A stretch of 61,824 nucleotides of DNA. It comes from Acidobacteriota bacterium (GTDB taxonomy: Bacteria; Acidobacteriota; JAQAZP01). The DNA lies in NCBI GenBank assembly GCA_032127265.1, contig JAQAZP010000049.1, forward strand, positions 1 through 61,824, written 5' to 3'. The translations under genes were made by a program, and so were the position numbers. The notes under the pieces are model-generated. The model was not told where the DNA came from, did no database searches, and saw only the letters and a program-made list of their open reading frames with translations. Positions within the stretch are counted from its first letter, which is position 1. Each line of letters begins with the position of its first letter. Below are positions 56,214-61,824 of this stretch, piece after piece.

Positions 56214-58615
56214 GAAGTCTTCTTCTTTTTAGCCCGGGCCTTTTTCACCTTTTTCTTGCCCGCAGCCTTGCTCACCTTCTTCTTTTTACTTGCCCCGGCG
56301 GCGCGTCCGGCGGTCTTTCTATTCTTTTTCTCGGGAGTCGCCTCGGCCAGCTCGACACACCGCTGATAGGTCAGGCTATCGGGTTCCTCACCTTTGGGGA
56401 TGCGGACGTTCTTTTTCTCGAAAGAGATGTAAGGCCCCCATCTCCCGTTGAGCACCCGGACGTCCGGATTCTCCTCGAACTGCTTGATCAGTTTTTTGGC
56501 ATCGGCTTCCCGTTTGGCCTCAATGAGCATGATCGCCGCCGCTTCGTCCACCGTGTAAGGATCGTGCTCCTTGCCCAGGGAGACAAATTTGCCGTCATGT
56601 CTGATATAGGGGCCAAACCGGCCGATGGCGGTCACCATCGGCTTGTCCTCGAAGACGCCCACGTCCCGGGGCAAGCGGAAGAGTTCCAGGGCCTGTTCGA
56701 GGGTAACGTTTTCCAACAGCTGGCCCTGGCCGAGCTTGGCGAACTTCGGCTTGACCTCTTCGTCTGCGCTGACCAGTTCCACCACCGGACCGTAACGGGC
56801 CATACGGGCCACAATCTTCCGGCCGGTTTCGGGGTCGCTTCCCAGTTCGCGGACCGGGCTGGCCTCGGCCCTGTCGACGTGTTCCTCGGTGGCCAGCACC
56901 CGGGGGTGGAACTCGCGGTAAAAGTTGGCGATCATCTCGTTCCAGCTGGTATCCCCGGCGGCGATGGCATCGAATTCCTTTTCCACCGTGGCGGTGAAGG
57001 AGAGGTCGATGACCTTCGGGAAATTGGCCACCAGGAAATCGTTGACAATCATCGCCATGTCGGTGGGAAAGAGCTTCATCTTTTCCGACCCGGTGAGCTC
57101 GGAAAGCTGTCTCTCCGAGATCAGGTCCCGGCACAGTTCCAGTTCCCGATACTGGCGCTCCCGGCCCTCCCGTGATTCCTTGAGCACATAGCCGCGCTGC
57201 TGGATGGTGGTCAGGGTGGGGGCGTAGGTCGAGGGGCGGCCTATACCCTTTTCTTCCAGGGCCTTGACCAGCGAGGCCTCGGCATACCGGGGCTGGGCAC
57301 GGGTGAACCGCTCGGTGGCGGTCATGCGGTCCAACTGCAGATCCTGCCCCACGGTCAACGGCGGCAACATCCCTTTTTGCTCTTCGGCCCCGTTCTCGTC
57401 GGTGGAGACCTCGTAGACCTTGAGAAACCCGTCAAAGGCGATCATTTCGCCCCGGGCCACCAGCGACTGCTCAACCCCCGACACACCGATGGTGGCCACG
57501 GTTTTTTCCAACCTGGCGTCCGCCATCTGGGAGGCGATGGCACGTTTCCAGATCAACTGGTAGAGCCGCTTCTCGTCCCGGCCCTTTCCCGCTTCCTCGA
57601 CGGTGAAATCGGTGGGCCGGATCGCCTCGTGGGCTTCCTGGGCCGAGGCCGAGGTGGTCCGGTATTGCCGGGTCTGGACGTATTCCGTGCCGTAGCTCCC
57701 GGCGATCCGGTCGGCCGCGGCTTGCAGCGCATCCTGGGAAAGCACCAGCGAATCGGTCCGCATGTAGGTGATGTGTCCCGCTTCGTAGAGTTTCTGGGCC
57801 AGGACCATGGTCTTGGAAACGGAAAAGCCCAGTTTGCGGCTCGCCTCCTGCTGCAGTGTGGAAGTGGTGAACGGGGCGGCAGGCGATTTTTTCGCCGGTT
57901 TTCGCTCCAGGTTGTCCACCGTGAAACGGGCGCCCACGCACTGTTCCAGCCAGGCTCGCGCCCCGGCTTCCGATGTCAGCCGGCGGGGATGCTCGGCGGT
58001 GAAGCTCCGGCCGTCTTCCAGACCGAACACTGCCGCCACCTTGAAGAACGATTCGGAGGCAAAGCCGAGGATTTCCCGCTCCCGTTCCACCACCATGCGC
58101 ACGGCGGCCGACTGGACACGCCCGGCGGAAAGGCCCCGCTTGATCTTCTTCCACAGCACCGGGGACAGTTCGAACCCCACCAGGCGGTCCAGCACCCGGC
58201 GGGCCTGCTGGGCGTTCACCAGTTTCTGGTCGATCTCCCGCGGTGTGTCAAAGGCCTTGAGAATCGCCGTTTTGGTGATCTCCCGAAAAACCACCCGGCG
58301 CACCTTCTCCGGGGCAAGCTCCAGCGCCTGCTGCAGGTGCCAGGAGATCGACTCCCCCTCGCGGTCCTCATCAGTTGCCAGCCAGACCAGATCCACCGAC
58401 TGTACGGCCCTTTTCAGTTCCTTGACCAGGCCTGCTTTGTCCGCCATGACCTCGTAGGCCGGCACAAAACCGTTCTCCACATCCACGGATAGACCCTTTT
58501 TCTTCAGGTCACGCACGTGTCCGTAACTGGATTTCACCGAAAAGTCCTTGCCCAGGTACCCTTCCATGGTCTTGGCCTTGGCCGGTGATTCCACGATAAC
58601 CAGATTTTTGCTCAT
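56210..58615 (-). CDS. topA: DNA topoisomerase I with C-terminal repeats and a Lys-rich tail
   Basis: LVIVESPAKAKT, ATDEDREGE, SAGRVQS, ITYMRTDS, AHEAIRPT, and GRFGPY-type C-terminal repeats. Confidence 0.97.
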   Translation of the reverse strand: MSKNLVIVESPAKAKTMEGYLGKDFSVKSSYGHVRDLKKKGLSVDVENGFVPAYEVMADKAGLVKELKRAVQSVDLVWLATDEDREGESISWHLQQALELAPEKVRRVVFREITKTAILKAFDTPREIDQKLVNAQQARRVLDRLVGFELSPVLWKKIKRGLSAGRVQSAAVRMVVEREREILGFASESFFKVAAVFGLEDGRSFTAEHPRRLTSEAGARAWLEQCVGARFTVDNLERKPAKKSPAAPFTTSTLQQEASRKLGFSVSKTMVLAQKLYEAGHITYMRTDSLVLSQDALQAAADRIAGSYGTEYVQTRQYRTTSASAQEAHEAIRPTDFTVEEAGKGRDEKRLYQLIWKRAIASQMADARLEKTVATIGVSGVEQSLVARGEMIAFDGFLKVYEVSTDENGAEEQKGMLPPLTVGQDLQLDRMTATERFTRAQPRYAEASLVKALEEKGIGRPSTYAPTLTTIQQRGYVLKESREGRERQYRELELCRDLISERQLSELTGSEKMKLFPTDMAMIVNDFLVANFPKVIDLSFTATVEKEFDAIAAGDTSWNEMIANFYREFHPRVLATEEHVDRAEASPVRELGSDPETGRKIVARMARYGPVVELVSADEEVKPKFAKLGQGQLLENVTLEQALELFRLPRDVGVFEDKPMVTAIGRFGPYIRHDGKFVSLGKEHDPYTVDEAAAIMLIEAKREADAKKLIKQFEENPDVRVLNGRWGPYISFEKKNVRIPKGEEPDSLTYQRCVELAEATPEKKNRKTAGRAAGASKKKKVSKAAGKKKVKKARAKKKKTS

Positions 58616-58780
58616 TCTTCAGACACCGTACACCCGTATGGATGGTCGTTTTACAACGTTATGCAGTGAACCCCCTCGGACCCGCCGGCGCTCCGCAGAA
58701 CCGGCGGCGAGCAGGCACTGCACTCCCTGCCCGCCTTTTCGGGGACGAAATCGATACTGACCCTGACAACCCGGCACCGC

Positions 58781-59041
58781 TCAGCTGATCTGGCTGCCGG
58801 GGATTCCCTTCTCCTCGAGCATGATGGGAATCCCGGAATCCACCACGTAGATCATCACGCCGTCCCGGGTGATCAGGCCCTCCTCGAGCTGCTGCTCAAC
58901 CGCGCTCCGGTCCACGTGACTGACCCGGCCGGCCTCAATCGCCTGGTTGAGCCGGGCCAGTTCCCCGCCGTCCAGCAGGCGCACCGGTGTCTTGGTCACC
59001 GGGCAGCAGAGAATCGCCAGAAGTTCTTCATTCAAGGGCAT
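58781..59041 (-). CDS. Trm112/YcaR-family protein
   Basis: MPLNEELLAILCCPVTK..L..Y.V.SGIPIML. GGAG RBS before ATG 59041. Confidence 0.85.
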   Translation of the reverse strand: MPLNEELLAILCCPVTKTPVRLLDGGELARLNQAIEAGRVSHVDRSAVEQQLEEGLITRDGVMIYVVDSGIPIMLEEKGIPGSQIS

Positions 59042-59188
59042 AACCAATTCTCCCTGGTTGCAGAAGGCCAATGAAAGTATGTCATTTACACCATATCGAT
59101 AAAAAAAGAAAGGGGAGGCTCGCACGAGGGTCCTGATGCAGAACGAAAATCCGCCCTGTTCCGTGTAACGAATTCCGCTCTTCGGTAA

Positions 59189-59217
59189 TTGAACGTACCG
59201 AGGCGTTTTGTTATACT
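59189..59217 (+). promoter_or_regulatory. Putative sigma70 promoter of the 59420 gene
   Basis: TTGAAC-17 nt-TATACT with a TGn extension. Confidence 0.6.
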
Positions 59218-59419
59218 TTGCCTTTGACAAACGAGCTATTTTACAGGAAAATAGGCCCAGTCGATCAAAGCAACAAATTTTTCAACTTGCGTTTCTTCTA
59301 TTCCGATGAGGTTTAACGTGTTCTGTTAGGCTTCGGCTTACCGGCCGATATGAAATTCGCGATAGATTTTTCACATCCAACCGTAGACAAGCAGTAAACA
59401 GAGAAAAGGAGATTTCGTC

Positions 59420-61018
59420 ATGAAAAAGCTCACGGTATTTTGTGGCATCGCCGTATTGTGCGTGGCCACCCTATTGGTTTTTTCCGAAACCGTCTGCCTC
59501 GCCGGAGAGCAGACAGGTCCGACCGAGATCTCCAGGCTCGGCGGGACCAATGCCTTCTTCAAGGACAAGGATGGTCTGACCGTCACTTCTTTCCAGGCAT
59601 TGTGCGCCGAGCGGCAGGAGGATATCACCACCCTGCTCTACGAAGCCGGATGGACGTGGGGCCCCGAGGTCTTCTTCGCCGCCGTGGCCGCGGGCCAAAT
59701 CGAGGAAGTGGCGTTCCCGGTGGGGGGCAAGCTGGAGTGGATGATGTTCCGCAAGCAGGGCAAGCCGACCCTGGGTTACAATTTCGTCTGGGCCGGCAAG
59801 GAGCCGTTCAAGGCCTTCAAGGTCACGGTCAATGTGGACGACGAAAAGAACAGCAAGGACTATGTCTATGAGTTCATCGTCCCCAAGAAATGCGCCAATA
59901 TTTCTCTCTACTCCATAGATGCCAGGCCATACAATGCCGATGTCAATGCCGTCCTCACCGTGGTCCCGGAGAGCGGCTGCGTCTGCACCGATTTCGTCAT
60001 TGACGCCACCGGATCAACGGCCACCCTGAGAGGAAAGAACATCCTCTCCAATGTGCTGGCCCAGGTCACCATGCCTGACGGCACCACCGAGGGCCTCGGC
60101 GCCCCCGATACCCCCTACAGCTGGAAACTCAACTACGAGAAGCCCGGAACCTACACCTTCAAGGCGGTGACTGTGACTTCCACCGGCAAGACCGGTGGCT
60201 CCGAAGCCACGGCCGTGTTCGAAGTACTGCCCTGTCCGCCGGAATGCGATCTCAGCCTCGATGTCGCGGGCGACTATGATGACGAAGAGAAAGCGGAAAT
60301 TCTGGGTGAGTTCTACACCGGCGAGGAGATCATCATCGACGCCTCCGGCTCCGCGGCCAAAACCGGCGAACTGGACAAGGTAAAGGTCAAGGTCTATCTC
60401 GACGGCGACAAGATCGACGAGCACGACCTGGACGGAGACTTCAAAAAGACCGTCTCCTACGACACGCAGGGCGAGTACAAGTTCGAGGCCGAAGCCTTCG
60501 ACAACTGCGACCAGGATTCGGACAACGACTGCGATGCCTCGTTGGGCGTCAATTCGCGCTGGATCCCCTTCGTTTCGCTCCTCGGCGGAAAGATGCGCCG
60601 CTCGGGCCTCGTCGCGGACGCTGACGACGAATTCGTGGACTTCGAGGGCCACTGCGAACCGCTGGTGGCGCTCAAGGCCGGCGTGGGCTACATGGTGGTT
60701 CCGCGGAAGTTCTCGATCTCCGGCGCCCTGGGCTACGCCTTTGCCATCGACCACTCTGATTTCTCGAGCCTCTTCGCCGATGTCTATTTCAACTATCACA
60801 ATCGTCCCTGGATGTTCGGCGCCGGCATCGGCTACTGGAACCTCGACAACAGCGACTACGGTGATTTCACCCTGAACCTCCAGGGCGGCATCGACCTGCC
60901 GTGGGAGATCCGCAACGAACCGATGCAGTTCGTCATCGAGGCCAAGAGCTTCCTTGACGAGATCAGCGACCTGGGCAACAACTACCTGCTGATGGGCGGG
61001 CTGCAGTTCAACTTCTAG
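59420..61018 (+). CDS. Exported protein with two PKD/Ig-like domains and a C-terminal outer-membrane beta-barrel
   Basis: AAGGAG RBS, signal peptide, two IDA[TS]GS..Y...G.Y.F repeats, and C-terminal amphipathic strands ending LQFNF. Confidence 0.72.
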   Translation: MKKLTVFCGIAVLCVATLLVFSETVCLAGEQTGPTEISRLGGTNAFFKDKDGLTVTSFQALCAERQEDITTLLYEAGWTWGPEVFFAAVAAGQIEEVAFPVGGKLEWMMFRKQGKPTLGYNFVWAGKEPFKAFKVTVNVDDEKNSKDYVYEFIVPKKCANISLYSIDARPYNADVNAVLTVVPESGCVCTDFVIDATGSTATLRGKNILSNVLAQVTMPDGTTEGLGAPDTPYSWKLNYEKPGTYTFKAVTVTSTGKTGGSEATAVFEVLPCPPECDLSLDVAGDYDDEEKAEILGEFYTGEEIIIDASGSAAKTGELDKVKVKVYLDGDKIDEHDLDGDFKKTVSYDTQGEYKFEAEAFDNCDQDSDNDCDASLGVNSRWIPFVSLLGGKMRRSGLVADADDEFVDFEGHCEPLVALKAGVGYMVVPRKFSISGALGYAFAIDHSDFSSLFADVYFNYHNRPWMFGAGIGYWNLDNSDYGDFTLNLQGGIDLPWEIRNEPMQFVIEAKSFLDEISDLGNNYLLMGGLQFNF

Positions 61019-61046
61019 TCTGATCGGCGGCAACGCCGTTTTTCAG

Positions 61047-61080
61047 AAAGCCTTCCGGGAAACCGGAAGGCTTTTCTTTT
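61047..61080 (+). terminator. Rho-independent terminator
   Basis: AAAGCCTTCCGG-GAAA-CCGGAAGGCTTT followed by TCTTTT. Confidence 0.88.
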
Positions 61081-61442
61081 GGCGGCAGGAATTGCTAAAG
61101 TTTTGATTAGGCAAGTTGCGTTGTTGCACCCAGGATAAGTGAATACGATTACGCATTACAGTCCACGAATTCATCATTAATAATAATGGCGGATCGAATA
61201 ACTGGATACGGACTGTATTCACGAGAGTCGATTAAAGTGAATATTTTCGATAATTTCTTGACACCAATTCGGATGCGGTCAATAATTCTTTATCATTGTT
61301 GTGCAAAGAGAATCTGGTATTTTGAATTCCGTTATTCAGACAGTGTACTGAATTCATCAGCAATGATATGTTCGAAAAGCGGTAAACCGGCACCTGGCAC
61401 GGATCAACATGTTCCGGCTGCTGCCTGAGGGAGGATGAAACC

Positions 61443-61733
61443 ATGCCGAAATTGAATCTGGAGCAGAAAATCAGCAAGCTCGCCGCGGAATTCACCGCGC
61501 AGCTGGTTGAGGCCGTGAAGAAGAGTTCACTGGAAGACCTGGCCTCACTGCAGAGCGAGAAAAAGAAACCAGGCCCTAAGCCCGGCAAAAAACGCGGGCG
61601 CAAACCCGGTCCCAAACCAGGGAAGAAGCGCGGGCGCAAGCCGGGTCCCAAACCCGGACGCAAAAAACCGGGACCCAAGCCGGGAAGCAAGAGAAAAGTG
61701 GTGAAAAAGGTCACGGCGAAAAAAGAGGACTAG
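61443..61733 (+). CDS. Small basic histone-like / AT-hook-like repeat protein
   Basis: GGAGG RBS, helical N-terminus, then four KPGPKPG repeats, two of them preceded by KKRGR. Synonymous variation between the DNA repeats. Confidence 0.8.
   Translation: MPKLNLEQKISKLAAEFTAQLVEAVKKSSLEDLASLQSEKKKPGPKPGKKRGRKPGPKPGKKRGRKPGPKPGRKKPGPKPGSKRKVVKKVTAKKED
61560..61685 (+). repeat. Coding tandem repeat (KKRGRKPGPKPG units)
   Basis: Two full 36-bp units flanked by two partial 27-bp units. Confidence 0.85.
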
Positions 61734-61749
61734 GCCGCGCATCGAACTT

Positions 61750-61824
61750 GACCGGAACGGGAAATACAAAATAAAAGGGCACCGTTTACCGGTGCCCTTT
61801 TATTTTGTATTTCCCGTTCCGGTC
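61750..61824. repeat. Perfect 35-bp inverted repeat (terminator core) running to the end of the window
   Basis: 61750-61784 is the exact reverse complement of 61790-61824, with loop TTTAC. The core AAAAGGGCACCG/CGGTGCCCTTTT looks like a bidirectional terminator. Confidence 0.85.

Noticed and set aside
61560-61685. CRISPR array or non-coding repeat
   Set aside because: The units are contiguous, in frame and vary synonymously. There are no spacers and no cas genes.

Overview
A 61.8 kb, GC-rich chromosomal segment of a diderm, probably anaerobic bacterium. Acidobacteriota is inferred from the Hfq variant, the fmt-rsmB-PASTA-rpe order and a FecR/DUF6600-type protein. Most of the window is housekeeping: bamD, rpe, rsmB, fmt, purB, a heterodimeric ABC exporter, glyQS, hfq-like, holB, proS, mutM, nifJ-type PFOR, mdh, gmhA, adk, metG and topA, interspersed with secreted or outer-membrane proteins. 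The standout is a compact minus-strand operon at 38071-44344 with its own sigma70 promoter and the hallmarks of an uncharacterised RiPP-like peptide-modification system. It encodes a 57-aa precursor (YEPPLI leader motif, AQA|CSPAPCGIV tail), an RRE-fused radical SAM/SPASM enzyme, an HPr-kinase-like ATPase, a secreted PorU/gingipain-like C25 peptidase and a soluble S24/S26 peptidase. Other notable items are a ~258-nt intergenic rod-like hairpin (ncRNA candidate) and a structured ~430-nt leader before hfq. There is also an MDH with a 5-residue specificity-loop insertion like that of apicomplexan LDH, an ammonia-lyase with Ala-Cys-Gly in place of the Ala-Ser-Gly MIO tripeptide, a stand-alone LarC C-terminal half, a small AT-hook-like repeat protein, and a perfect 35-bp inverted repeat at the very end of the window. 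I saw no tRNA, rRNA, CRISPR array or transposase. All family assignments come from motif recognition by eye; no database searches were run.
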